In this document: positions 1-9,239 of the stretch, one piece after another | How positions within the stretch are numbered: position 1 is the first letter of the stretch | Layout: every line of letters begins with the position of its first letter | Assembly: GCA_965215195.1 (NCBI GenBank) | Contig: CBDCDC010000002.1 | Span: 1,856,001-1,920,000, forward strand | Direction: 5' to 3' | DNA length: 64,000 nucleotides | Source of the DNA: Candidatus Latescibacterota bacterium | Lineage (GTDB): Bacteria; Latescibacterota; UBA2968; UBA8231 | Notes under the pieces: model-generated | What the model saw: the letters and a program-made list of their open reading frames with translations, nothing else | Databases searched by the model: none | Told to the model about the DNA's origin: nothing | Made by a program: the position numbers and the translations under genes

Positions 1-1875
1 GAAGGCCGAGCGGCCAAAGGCCACGAAGAACATGTTGTCAACCGGCGGCCCGGATAGCGCTTGGGCTTGGGGGCTGTCGGGGGCTGCGGCCGCCTCCCAG
101 TGGGGCCGCAGGGCGTCTTCGATGGTCTGGCCGACTTGGATCAGCTCGTCGAGGTTGTAGCCGGGCGGCGGCAGGACGATGCCGAAGACTAGGTTGCGGT
201 TGCCAGTGGGCAGGTATTCGGATTTGGGCAGCAGGGTCCAAGCGATGCCCAGCGAGAGGCCGATCAGCCCGGTGATGACCCCCAAGCGCAGCAGGGTGCT
301 GCCGCTGATGCGGAAGACGCTTTGGGCGATAAAGGTCCGCACCCGGTCGCCCCAAGCGGCCAGCGCGTCCCGGCGCGGTTCGGCGCGGCCGAGGATCTTG
401 TTGGCCAAGCTGGGGATGACGGAGATGGCCACGATCAAGCTGAGCACCACCGAGCAGGAGACCGCGATGGCGATGTCGCGGAAGAGCTGACCGGCCTCGT
501 CCTCGACGAAGACGATGGGCAGGAAGATGGCCACCGTGGTCAAGGTGCTGGCCAGCAGTGCCCCCCAGACCTCGGAGGCCCCGTCCAAGGCCGCGCGGGC
601 GCGGGTTTTGCCCATCTGCTGGTGGCGGAAAATGTTTTCGAGCGCGACGATGGCGTTGTCGATGACCATGCCCACTGCAAAGCTCATCCCGGCCAAGCTG
701 ATGACGTTGATGTTGCGGCCCAAAAGCCACATGGCCAAAAAGGTGCCGACAATTGAAATCGGGATGGCCGTGGCAATGATCGCCACCGAGCTGACGCTGC
801 GCAGGAAGATGAAGAGCACGGTCACGGCCAGTGCGCCGCCGACGATGATGTTGGAGCGCACCAAGCCGATGGCGCTGTCTATGTAGTCGGTCTCGTCGTA
901 CACCTGAGCGAGGTAGAGACCCTCGCGGGCCAGCGGCCCCTCGTTGAGTTCGCGGATGGTGCGGCGGATGCCGTCCATGACTTCGAGGACGTTGGCCCCG
1001 GTCTCGCGCTGGGCGTTGATGGCAATGGCGGGTCGGCCCTTTTGCCGCACGGCCGCAGCGGCGCGGACGTAGCCGAGGCGGGTGCGGGCAATCTCGCCAA
1101 CGGTGACTCGGGTGCCATTGGCCGAGCGGACGACGACCTGCTCGATGTCGCTGGGCTGCTGGTACTGGCCGACGGTGCGCACGATGTAGCGGCGCTTGCC
1201 CTCGTCAAAGGCCCCGGCGCTGGTATTGGCGTTTTCGCGGGCGAGGGCTTGGGCTAGGTCTTGCACGGTGAGCTGGCGTGCGGCCATGGCCTGCGGATCG
1301 ACGATGACCTGTAGCTGGCGGTCGTAGCCGCCATAGACGTTGCTGCGGGCCACGCCGGGTACGCGCTCGAGGGCGGTTTTGACGACTTCCTCGGCGTAGT
1401 CGCGAAAGCGCTCGACATCGAGTTCGTCGCGGCCGGGCCGGGCGTCGAGGATCAGCCACGTGATGGCTCCGCTTGGGCCGGTGCCGCCGGCCGAGAGCAC
1501 GGGCCGCTCGGCGTCGAGCGGATAGCCGAAAACTTGGTCGAGCTTGTTGGAGACCAACAGCAGCACCGCATCTGGATCGACGCCGACGTTGAATTCGAGA
1601 GTTACTACGCCGCGACTGTCGTTGCTCTCGCTGGTCATCAGCACCAGTCCCTCAACGCTTTTGAGCTGTTCCTCTTGGTGCTGGACGATCTCTTGCTCGA
1701 CTTCTTCGGGGCTAGCGCCCGGCCACAAGGTAGTGACCGTGACGATGGGCCGGTCGACGTCCGGGGTGAGTTGAACCGGGATGCGGAAGAGGGATATCAG
1801 GCCGAAGAGCGCGACAAAGAGCACGCCGACGATCACGCTGACGGGCCGCTTGATGGCCGTATCGACTAGGCGCAT
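1..1875 (-). CDS. RND efflux transporter permease subunit (AcrB/AcrD/AcrF family), 3'-truncated by window edge
   Basis: Translated by hand from ATG at 1875 (absent from the ORF track): MRLVDTAIKRPVSVIVGVLFVALFGLISLFRIPVQLTPDVDRPIVTVTTLWPGASPEEVEQEI..., with later TM segments 'ISLAGMSFAVGMVIDNAIVALENIFRH'. Lies directly downstream of an RND adaptor gene. Confidence 0.93.
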   Translation of the reverse strand, partial: MRLVDTAIKRPVSVIVGVLFVALFGLISLFRIPVQLTPDVDRPIVTVTTLWPGASPEEVEQEIVQHQEEQLKSVEGLVLMTSESNDSRGVVTLEFNVGVDPDAVLLLVSNKLDQVFGYPLDAERPVLSAGGTGPSGAITWLILDARPGRDELDVERFRDYAEEVVKTALERVPGVARSNVYGGYDRQLQVIVDPQAMAARQLTVQDLAQALARENANTSAGAFDEGKRRYIVRTVGQYQQPSDIEQVVVRSANGTRVTVGEIARTRLGYVRAAAAVRQKGRPAIAINAQRETGANVLEVMDGIRRTIRELNEGPLAREGLYLAQVYDETDYIDSAIGLVRSNIIVGGALAVTVLFIFLRSVSSVAIIATAIPISIVGTFLAMWLLGRNINVISLAGMSFAVGMVIDNAIVALENIFRHQQMGKTRARAALDGASEVWGALLASTLTTVAIFLPIVFVEDEAGQLFRDIAIAVSCSVVLSLIVAISVIPSLANKILGRAEPRRDALAAWGDRVRTFIAQSVFRISGSTLLRLGVITGLIGLSLGIAWTLLPKSEYLPTGNRNLVFGIVLPPPGYNLDELIQVGQTIEDALRPHWEAAAAPDSPQAQALSGPPVDNMFFVAFGRSAF

Positions 1876-1881
1876 GACGGC

Positions 1882-2892
1882 CTATGGCTGCCGGCGGATG
1901 ATGCGCACGGCTTGGCCGTCCATCAGCCGCTCGTTGCCGCGCACCACGGCTAGGTCGCCGGGTGCGAGTTCGCCCGTGACGGCCACGTAACCCTTGTGCG
2001 CCAGCCCGGTTTCGACGGGGTGCTGGACGACCTTGCCGTCGCGGGCGAGGTACACGACCTGTCCCTGCGGGCCGGAGACTAGGGCGTCCTTATGTACTAG
2101 GAGCGATGCCTTGGCCTGCGCGATCTGGAAGCGCACTCGTGCGGACATATTGCTGCGCATCCGGCCGTCTGGGTTGGCGGCCTCGACGACGACCGGGAAG
2201 GTGCGGGAGGAGGCGTAGCCTTCGGCGAGGATGGCGGTCACGAGGCCGGTGATGGGGTCGCTGCCGAGGGCATCGACGACAATGGCGACGCGGTCCTCCA
2301 CGGCGAGCTGCGGCACGTGGCGCTCGGGCACCTCGACGATCACGCGGACGGTGTCGATGGAGATTATCTGGGCGATCTCGCCGCCGCGCCCGACCCACTG
2401 ACCCACTTCGGTAAAGGTCTGGATGATGTGCCCGGAGAAAGGGGCACGGACGAGGAGGTTTTCTATTTGGGCTTGGAGGCCGGTTAGCTTGGCTTGGGCG
2501 CGGGCTAGTTCGTAGGCCTTGTCGCGCAGGTCCTGCTCGGAGACCGAGTCGGTAGCGCGCAACCGGCGGCTGCGGTCGTGGTTGAACTGGCGCAGCGCGA
2601 AATCGGCCTGCGCTTCGGCCAATGCGGCTTGGAGCGGATCGTTGGCCAGCGCGAACAGGGGGTCGCCGGTGCGCACAGCTTGGCCAGCTTCCTCGAAGCG
2701 CCTGACCACTTGCCCCTCGGTCTCGGCGGCGACGCGGCTGGAGCGCACCGGCAGGATGCGCCCGACAAAGGAGAGGTTTTCGACGAGCGGTTGTTCGAGG
2801 ACCTCGGCGACGATGACCGGCGTCGGTGGGCGCTCTTGGCCCAAGAGCGCACCGGGCAGCACGGTCAGGAGCAGCGAGAAGACGAGGGACAT
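1882..2892 (-). CDS. RND efflux periplasmic adaptor (membrane fusion protein)
   Basis: Signal peptide, lipoyl-like 'VAAETEGQV...GQAVRTGDPLF', coiled hairpin, 'VRAPFSG', 'SRTFPV', C-terminal 'VVRGNERLMDGQAV'. Confidence 0.92.
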   Translation of the reverse strand: MSLVFSLLLTVLPGALLGQERPPTPVIVAEVLEQPLVENLSFVGRILPVRSSRVAAETEGQVVRRFEEAGQAVRTGDPLFALANDPLQAALAEAQADFALRQFNHDRSRRLRATDSVSEQDLRDKAYELARAQAKLTGLQAQIENLLVRAPFSGHIIQTFTEVGQWVGRGGEIAQIISIDTVRVIVEVPERHVPQLAVEDRVAIVVDALGSDPITGLVTAILAEGYASSRTFPVVVEAANPDGRMRSNMSARVRFQIAQAKASLLVHKDALVSGPQGQVVYLARDGKVVQHPVETGLAHKGYVAVTGELAPGDLAVVRGNERLMDGQAVRIIRRQP

Positions 2893-2963
2893 TTGGATTT
2901 CCTCGGAGGAGTGAAAAGGCTGTTCAAGAAAGTAGGGGTTGGGTTGAACCGGGACAATGGGCG

Positions 2964-3758
2964 CTACTTGCGCCCCAGGACGGCGGTCTCCCGCACAAAT
3001 CGCGCCTGATAGCGCTGACCTCCGCTGACTCCGTACTGGTCGATCAGGCGCTCAATGCGGCGGATGCGCTCGCTGGTAGGCGGGTGGCTGGCGAAGAGTT
3101 TTTCTAAGTCGGAGCGCCGGCGCGCTTCCAACTTTTTCAGTTTTTCAAAAAAGCGCAGCAGGCCGCGCGGGTCGTACCCGGCCTCGACGGCGTAGCGGAC
3201 GCCAAAGGTGTCGGCTTCGCGCTCGTCGTCGCGGCTAAAGCGGGCACTGCCAAGCTGGGAGGCGACCTGCCCGAGTTGGTAGGGATCTTCGCCGAGGGCA
3301 AGGCTGGTGAGGAAGTCCATGCCGAAGCGGGCGGCGAGTTGGTTGGCTGAGTGGCGGCCGACGATGTGGCCGATCTCGTGGGCTAGGACCCCGGCAATCT
3401 CGGCCTCGTCTTCAGCGATCAGCAGCAGGCCGCTATAGACGTAGAGATAGCCGCCGAGGACGGCGAAGGCGTTGATTTGTTTGGGGTCGTCGAGGACCTT
3501 GACGTGGTAGCGGATGCCGGGGCGGTCTTCTAGGGCTAGGGGGAGCAGGGCCTTGGTGACGCGCTGGATATAGGACTGGAGGCGGCGGTCGGGGTGGAGG
3601 CGTTGTTGGGTTTCGATTTGGGCGGCTAGCTGAGTGCCGAGTTTGATTTCGGTTTTGTCGGAAATCAGGGCGTAGCCTAACTCGCGGCGGACGGTGGCGC
3701 AGCCGGACGCGAGGACGCAGGTGGCGATGAGCAGGACGAGAAAAGCGCGTTGGAGCAT
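2964..3758 (-). CDS. M48 family zinc metallopeptidase lipoprotein (BepA/YfgC-like)
   Basis: Lipobox LASGC; INAFAVLGG, HEIGH zinc motif, FSRDDEREAD, SHPPTSERI. Confidence 0.92.
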   Translation of the reverse strand: MLQRAFLVLLIATCVLASGCATVRRELGYALISDKTEIKLGTQLAAQIETQQRLHPDRRLQSYIQRVTKALLPLALEDRPGIRYHVKVLDDPKQINAFAVLGGYLYVYSGLLLIAEDEAEIAGVLAHEIGHIVGRHSANQLAARFGMDFLTSLALGEDPYQLGQVASQLGSARFSRDDEREADTFGVRYAVEAGYDPRGLLRFFEKLKKLEARRRSDLEKLFASHPPTSERIRRIERLIDQYGVSGGQRYQARFVRETAVLGRK

Positions 3759-3813
3759 GGCCGGCAGATTCCTTGCGATGGGTACAGGTTAAACACCAAA
3801 CAGCTAGCGCCCA

Positions 3814-4524
3814 CTACTTTTTATTTTGTCCGCCAAACTCGATCACTTTTTTTTGCGGCGAGAGGTTGATCTCGTCCAGTACCGTGCCAGCGCGCGCTGT
3901 CAGGGCTTGGACGATGACCTCGGCGACGTCTTCTGGCAGGATGGAGTTGTCGGGTGCTGGGCCGGGCCGAAAGTCCAATTCGTCGAAAAAGGGCGATTGG
4001 ACCATGCCGGGATTGACCAACGTGACGCGGACGCCAGCGCGGGCGCACTCGGCGCGCAGGGCTTGGGCGAAGCCGCGCAGGGCGAATTTGGCCGCGCAAT
4101 ACAAGCTGCCTTGGGCCGTGCCGGCGAGCGCGGCTTCCGATCCCATAAAGACCAAGTGCCCGCGCCCGGCCCTTTTGAGAATGGGCAGGAAAGCGCGGGC
4201 CACGAAGACGTGACTGGTCAAGTTGAGGTCGATCAGGGCGCGAATTTGGCCGTAGGAGAATTGCTCTAGCGCACCGAAGCGGCCGACGCCGGCGTTGAGG
4301 ACCAAGGCGTCGAGGGCCGGGCAGGTGGCGACGAGGTCCTGTAGGTGGGCGGGGAGTTGGTCGAGGTCGGCGAGGTCGATGGCGCGCACCTCAAAGCGGT
4401 GGTCATCGCAGGGGAACTTGCCGAAGTCGCGGGCAATGCCGATGGCGCGATGGCCGTTGGCGAGCAGCCTTTCGCAGATGGCGCGGCCAATGCCGGAACT
4501 GGCACCGGTGACGAGGACGCGCAT
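3814..4524 (-). CDS. Short-chain dehydrogenase/reductase (SDR)
   Basis: TGASSGIG, LNAG, YCAAK catalytic motif, NPGMV. Confidence 0.93.
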   Translation of the reverse strand: MRVLVTGASSGIGRAICERLLANGHRAIGIARDFGKFPCDDHRFEVRAIDLADLDQLPAHLQDLVATCPALDALVLNAGVGRFGALEQFSYGQIRALIDLNLTSHVFVARAFLPILKRAGRGHLVFMGSEAALAGTAQGSLYCAAKFALRGFAQALRAECARAGVRVTLVNPGMVQSPFFDELDFRPGPAPDNSILPEDVAEVIVQALTARAGTVLDEINLSPQKKVIEFGGQNKK

Positions 4525-4525
4525 A

Positions 4526-5533
4526 TCAGACCTGTAGGGTGGTGGAGGGGCAGGGGAAGAAAAGCTCGGCGGGAATGTACTGGAGCAATTGATCCGCGCA
4601 AAAGTCGTGTAGTTTTTGGGCCAAGGCGGGCCGATAGGAGACCATGCCGTCTTTTTGCTCCAAGCCGTACGCGAGGAGCTTTTCGTCCGGGTAGAGCTTG
4701 TGCATGGTCTTGTACATATCCTGCGGCAGGCGGAACTGGCCCAAGCTGACCGAGTGCAGGCGGTCGCGGCGAACCTTGGAGAACGCGAGGGCGAACAGGT
4801 CGCGGTAGCGCTCCTCGTAAGCGCGATCGTAGATCAGCGGATCAAAGCGCAGCCCAATGGGCCAGCCGCGCTCCTGCAGGGCGGCGATGGCCTGCAAGCG
4901 CCGGGCCACGGCCGGTGCGCCGACCTCGAATTGGTCGGCAAGGGCCGGCGGGGTCATGCTGAAGGCGACGACGCAGTTGGGCAGAGCCTCGGTGGCGAGC
5001 AGGGTTTTGATGCGCACGCTCTTGGTGCGCAGTTCAAAGTATGCCTGCGGGTGGTCGGCAAAGAAGGGGAGGAAGTCGCCTGTAAAGTGGGTAATGCCCT
5101 CCAACGCGAGGCTATCGCAGTCGTAGCCAGAAAAGAAATAGGGCGCATCGGGTGCGTCCGCCTCGATGTGCGCGGCAAGGTCCTGCTGGAAATCCTCGTA
5201 GTTGACAAAAAGGACCAAGTGCGCCGAACGGTACAGGCCTTGCAGGAAGCAGTAGCGGCAGTCGTAGGGGCAGTTGAGCAGGTGCGAAAAATAGTAGTTG
5301 CGCTCGCCGCCGATGCCATAGCCGTCGGGGGCGGGGAGGACGCGCCGCCCGGCCTTGTGGGCGAGGATGAGCGCGGGGCGGCGCTTTTGCAGGCGGAAGT
5401 TCTGCGCCGTGCGGTTGAAGACCTCGCCGTAGCGGGCGCAGGGAACTAGCTGAGCGCGGGGGAAGCGGTCTAGCAGGGCGCGGGTGCGCGGGTGGTCGAG
5501 GATGGACTCTTCAGCGTAGATGAAATCGAACAT
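4526..5533 (-). CDS. Spore photoproduct lyase-like radical SAM protein (SplB family)
   Basis: NCPYDCRYCFLQG CxxxCxxC; 'DSLALE', 'ELRTKS', 'GLRFDPLI' are typical of SPL-family proteins. Confidence 0.85.
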   Translation of the reverse strand: MFDFIYAEESILDHPRTRALLDRFPRAQLVPCARYGEVFNRTAQNFRLQKRRPALILAHKAGRRVLPAPDGYGIGGERNYYFSHLLNCPYDCRYCFLQGLYRSAHLVLFVNYEDFQQDLAAHIEADAPDAPYFFSGYDCDSLALEGITHFTGDFLPFFADHPQAYFELRTKSVRIKTLLATEALPNCVVAFSMTPPALADQFEVGAPAVARRLQAIAALQERGWPIGLRFDPLIYDRAYEERYRDLFALAFSKVRRDRLHSVSLGQFRLPQDMYKTMHKLYPDEKLLAYGLEQKDGMVSYRPALAQKLHDFCADQLLQYIPAELFFPCPSTTLQV

Positions 5534-5660
5534 GAGGCGGAGAGCACAAGGCTAATCTAAATGATTTCCAAGGTCAGGCGATTTCAAACATCGTTCTGCA
5601 TTGGCCCCTTACTTCAGACCATGCCCGATATTCGGTTGCGCTAGGCCATCCGCTGCCAAA

Positions 5661-6551
5661 TCAGAACTGGTACAGCAGGCTGAGGCCCGCGCCCCAGAAG
5701 TGGGTGTCGTCCGTCGCGATGGTGTATAGGATCGGCTCGCCGCGCCCCACCGTAGAGTCGTGGCTGCGCAGCTGATCCCACTCGGTTTTTTCGCTCGCGA
5801 ACTCGCCGGAAGCCACCCAGCGCAATTTGAAGTCCAAAGCGGCGTGGTCGCCGATCTGATAGGCCGCGCCGGCGAGCAGTTGATAGCCCATGCGGCGGTC
5901 GGTCAATCGCGCTTGGCCGATTGTGGTTGAACCGGCGATTTTCGCGTTCAAATCCGGGTCTGCAAACGTCCCAATCCGGCTGGGGTCGTCATTGCGTTTC
6001 CAATTGGTAAAATAGTAGAGCGACGTGGTCGCCACTCCGGCTCCAGCCCCGGCGTACGACACCAGCGCCGGCCCCAAGGCAAAGTCGTAGTACGCGTTGG
6101 CGAACAGGTTGTGCGATAGCAAATTATCGACCCCGGCGACCGCCAATTCGATTTCCTGATCTTGCTTGTCGAGGGTTATTTCGTCGAAGATGCCGATGTC
6201 GGAGCGCTCGTCATAGGTCGTGCTGCGGTGGAAGTATTCTCCCTCGATTCTGAAGGCCCCCCAGCGATAGCCAAGGGCGAGGCCCGACCCGATTCCGGAG
6301 CCGCCGCCAAATGAATTTTCCCATGCCGTTGGGGGCGGCGCAGAGTCGCATTCATCGGTCACTTCCAGGCCATCTGGATTGATGATCCGGTCGCACTTGG
6401 TGCTCCAGTCGTTGTCCGTGCCCGTCACGTCCATTGCCGGAGCAACGGCGATCCCCAAGCCCATCTGAATGTACGGCCCGTCTTGGCCTAGGGCTTGGCC
6501 GCAGAAACCCAGCAGGGCGACTATCGACAGCAAAAATTTGTGAGGCATCAC
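5661..6551 (-). CDS. Outer-membrane beta-barrel protein (opacity/OmpA-TM-like 8-stranded family)
   Basis: Signal peptide; 'ALGYRWGAFRIEGEY', 'LFANAYYDF', 'YAGAGAG', 'GYQLLAG'; C-terminal YQF. Confidence 0.75.
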   Translation of the reverse strand: MMPHKFLLSIVALLGFCGQALGQDGPYIQMGLGIAVAPAMDVTGTDNDWSTKCDRIINPDGLEVTDECDSAPPPTAWENSFGGGSGIGSGLALGYRWGAFRIEGEYFHRSTTYDERSDIGIFDEITLDKQDQEIELAVAGVDNLLSHNLFANAYYDFALGPALVSYAGAGAGVATTSLYYFTNWKRNDDPSRIGTFADPDLNAKIAGSTTIGQARLTDRRMGYQLLAGAAYQIGDHAALDFKLRWVASGEFASEKTEWDQLRSHDSTVGRGEPILYTIATDDTHFWGAGLSLLYQF

Positions 6552-6768
6552 AGTTTCCTTTCTGGAGATAGGTATAGGAGGCTAGCATGTATGAGGTGAA
6601 ACGCAAACGAGCCGCATTATTCGTTGGCCAGCACTATTTTGTGCGCCAGCACGAGGCGGCTACGTCATATTGATGCTACCACACGGAGACTTGAGGAAAA
6701 GCGATCTCCATAAGTAATCCTTCGGAGGTGGTATGCCGATCGCGATGATGTCCACAAATCCACCACTT

Positions 6769-7336
6769 TTACCGGGTTCTTTGGTTGAAAATTTTACTTG
6801 CTAGAGCCTCTGCGAGGGGAGGTGGAACTGAATTGGCAACCTGCCGATGCTGGTCTAAGTTTTTCACGGTGCCCGTCCTACTGCGTATAGGTCCTTTTAG
6901 GATATACGAATCGGGATAGCCGTGAATTCTCATATATTCCCGTGGAGTGAGATACCTATCTTCGACGGGATGATAGAAAATCTCTCCACACCGCAACGTA
7001 TTGGCGGGCCTATCTCTATGCAGTCTTAAGTACTTTGTGGTATCTTTTGATTTTAGATCTCTAAGTAATTTTTTTCCTAAGTGAGGCTGAGCAGCCAAAT
7101 ATGATCCCTCGGGAACTTGTGCGATACGTTCTCTGTCTCTAGCTGGAGTTACATCGACGTGGCTATCCTCGCGATCGTAGAATTTCGCGTTCTCTTGCCG
7201 CACGTAGTGTGTTGCAGCAGTGTCCGTCTATTTCTATCTGAGCGAGAATGTCGAATCCCGCATCTTGTACGCCTATATCCATTCCTCCGGCCCCAGAGAA
7301 AAGACTTAGTGCGTTATATTTTGGGGGACTATTCAT
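6769..7336 (-). pseudogene. DNA (cytosine-5) methyltransferase remnant with internal deletion and frameshift
   Basis: ATG 7336 (GAGGAG RBS) encodes 57 aa MNSPPKYNALSLFSGAGGMDIG...IEID (motifs I-II), stop at 7163. Another frame carries the C-terminal 'RYLTPREYMRIHGYPDSY' and 'QVANSVPPPLA' (motifs IX-X). Catalytic PC and ENV motifs are absent. The region is lower in GC. Confidence 0.85.
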
Positions 7337-7357
7337 TTTGAATTCACTCCTCTATCC

Positions 7358-8167
7358 TCAATAGGTCAAGGTGAACTCCACGTCGGCCAGCAGCCGTTGA
7401 AGATAACGTAACACTTCATCGCGGCTTTGCAAAACCAGCAAGTCGTCGTTGACAATGGGGGTCGTCGGCGCGAGTACCTGCCAGCGCACGAGCAGGCCGC
7501 GCAATTGGTGCTGTTGCGTGGCGGTGAATTGCCAGCGGGCGGTTAGCGCGGCGAACCCGGGCGGATCGGCGTATAGCGCGTGGAGCTGCTGGCTGAGCGA
7601 TTGCAGGTGTTCGCCAACGTGGGTGACCGCATCGAGCTGAGCTTCTATTAACGCTTCCACTTTTTTCGCATTGAGTGTTTGATAAGGAGATTGCGGGTTG
7701 TCGGAGACGACCTTGAGGCAGTGGACTCGCTCGCTGGTGGCAAAGCGCTGGGCGGCTGCGCAAAAGCCGCTGGCCTCCATGTCGCACGCGGCGTCGCCAG
7801 CCGCCGGCTGTACGCGATCTACAGTGTGTAGCCGGGTGGTGCGGCAGGGTGGGGGCGCGGTGAAGGTGGGGTAAAAGGGCTTGGCGCTGGCCGCATCCAC
7901 GACCTTGTGCGCCAGCAGGGCCGTGCCCACCGCTTGGCGGCCGTGTCCGGCGATGCCGATGTTGAGCCAAGCGGCCGGCGCATCGCCGATCAGTGCGCGC
8001 AGGTACGCGGTGGCGGCGGCCGCGGCCACTTTGCCGACGCCGGAGACGATCAGGCGCGTCTGCTCGCCCGCGCAGATGCGATAGGGATGGCCGCCCACGC
8101 CTCGGAGGCGGTAGGAGGCTATCAGCGGGCGGGCTTCGGCCGCTAAGGCGACGATTAAGCACAACAT
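7358..8167 (-). CDS. Nucleoside phosphorylase / MTA-SAH nucleosidase-like protein (PNP_UDP_1 fold)
   Basis: 'IVALAAEA', 'SGVGKVAAAAA', 'NIGIAG', 'CDMEASG', 'KVVSDN'. Confidence 0.8.
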   Translation of the reverse strand: MLCLIVALAAEARPLIASYRLRGVGGHPYRICAGEQTRLIVSGVGKVAAAAATAYLRALIGDAPAAWLNIGIAGHGRQAVGTALLAHKVVDAASAKPFYPTFTAPPPCRTTRLHTVDRVQPAAGDAACDMEASGFCAAAQRFATSERVHCLKVVSDNPQSPYQTLNAKKVEALIEAQLDAVTHVGEHLQSLSQQLHALYADPPGFAALTARWQFTATQQHQLRGLLVRWQVLAPTTPIVNDDLLVLQSRDEVLRYLQRLLADVEFTLTY

Positions 8168-8264
8168 TGCGGGTAATATACCGGCTGGCCGCCCCTCGGC
8201 AACTCGGATTGACCCTGCTTGAGCAGGGGCCTAAGTTCTGGAAGACAAACGAGAAAGGGCGCGT

Positions 8265-9137
8265 ATGGACAACGAATTTTTCAAGGGACACGGCCTCGGC
8301 AATGACTACATTGCCGTCGATCCGGCCGCGCTCAGCTTCGAGCTGACGCCAGACCATATCCGCGCGATTTGCGACCGCCATTGGGGCGTGGGCAGCGACG
8401 GCATTCTCGCGCTGGCGTCGTCGCCAAAGGCCGACTTTGGCCTGCGGATCTACAACCCCGACGGCAGCGAGGCGGAAAAGTCGGGCAATGGCCTGCGGAT
8501 ATTCGCCCGCTATCTGCACGCCACCGGCCAAGTGCAAAAGCAGCGGTTCACGGTCGATACGGAGGGCGGTCTAGTACGCGTTGCGTTGCACCTCGACGAG
8601 CATGGCGACGCCAGCGCGGCCACGGTGGAGATGGGGCGAGCGACGTTTGCGCCAGCGGCCCTGCCCTGCACCCTAGAGGCCGAAGAGCTGGTCGCGCAGC
8701 CGATCGGCGCCGGCGAGCAGACCTTGACCTTTACCGGCGTCAGCGTCGGCAACCCCCACTGCATCGTCTTTCGCGAAAAGGGTGCGCAATGGACCGAAGA
8801 TGAGTTGCGCTCTTTGGGGCCGGAATTGGAAAATCACCCGCTCTTTCCCCGGCGCACCAACGTGCAGCTCGCCGTGCCCTTAGGACCCCATGCGATCTAC
8901 ATTCTGATCTGGGAGCGCGGGGCCGGCCAAACGCAGGCGTCGGGGTCGTCGGCGTGTGCGGCCGCCAGTGCGGCCGTGCGGCTGGGCTTGGTCAAAAGTC
9001 CGGTTGCGGTTGTGGCCCCGGGCGGGACCTTGCACATCGACGTGAGCGCAGGCTACGACCTAACGATGAAGGGGCCGGTCGCCGAAGTGGCGCACGGCGT
9101 GCTCAGCCCGTCGTTTGTGCGCTCTTTGGGCGAGTAG
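8265..9137 (+). CDS. dapF: Diaminopimelate epimerase
   Basis: KGHGLGNDY, 'CDRHWGVGSDG', 'NPDGSEAEKSGNG', 'VGNPHC', 'WERGAGQTQASGSSACA'. Confidence 0.9.
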   Translation: MDNEFFKGHGLGNDYIAVDPAALSFELTPDHIRAICDRHWGVGSDGILALASSPKADFGLRIYNPDGSEAEKSGNGLRIFARYLHATGQVQKQRFTVDTEGGLVRVALHLDEHGDASAATVEMGRATFAPAALPCTLEAEELVAQPIGAGEQTLTFTGVSVGNPHCIVFREKGAQWTEDELRSLGPELENHPLFPRRTNVQLAVPLGPHAIYILIWERGAGQTQASGSSACAAASAAVRLGLVKSPVAVVAPGGTLHIDVSAGYDLTMKGPVAEVAHGVLSPSFVRSLGE

Positions 9138-9239
9138 AGCCGCCATGCCTCGGCCGTTGCGTACGACCTATCCCCCCGGCCCCCTTTCCTGCGGAACGCC
9201 TCCAGCTCCTTCCTTCCCCGCAATCGGGCTCAGCCGTCC

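Noticed and set aside
38-1869. Many overlapping ORF-track calls in the first 1.9 kb
   Set aside because: These are shadow ORFs of the minus-strand RND permease, which the track missed because it runs off the window
9166-9222. C-rich tract ACCTATCCCCCCGGCCCCCTTTCC between dapF and the Omp85 gene
   Set aside because: Resembles half of a palindromic repeat, but no partner arm or second copy was found in the window
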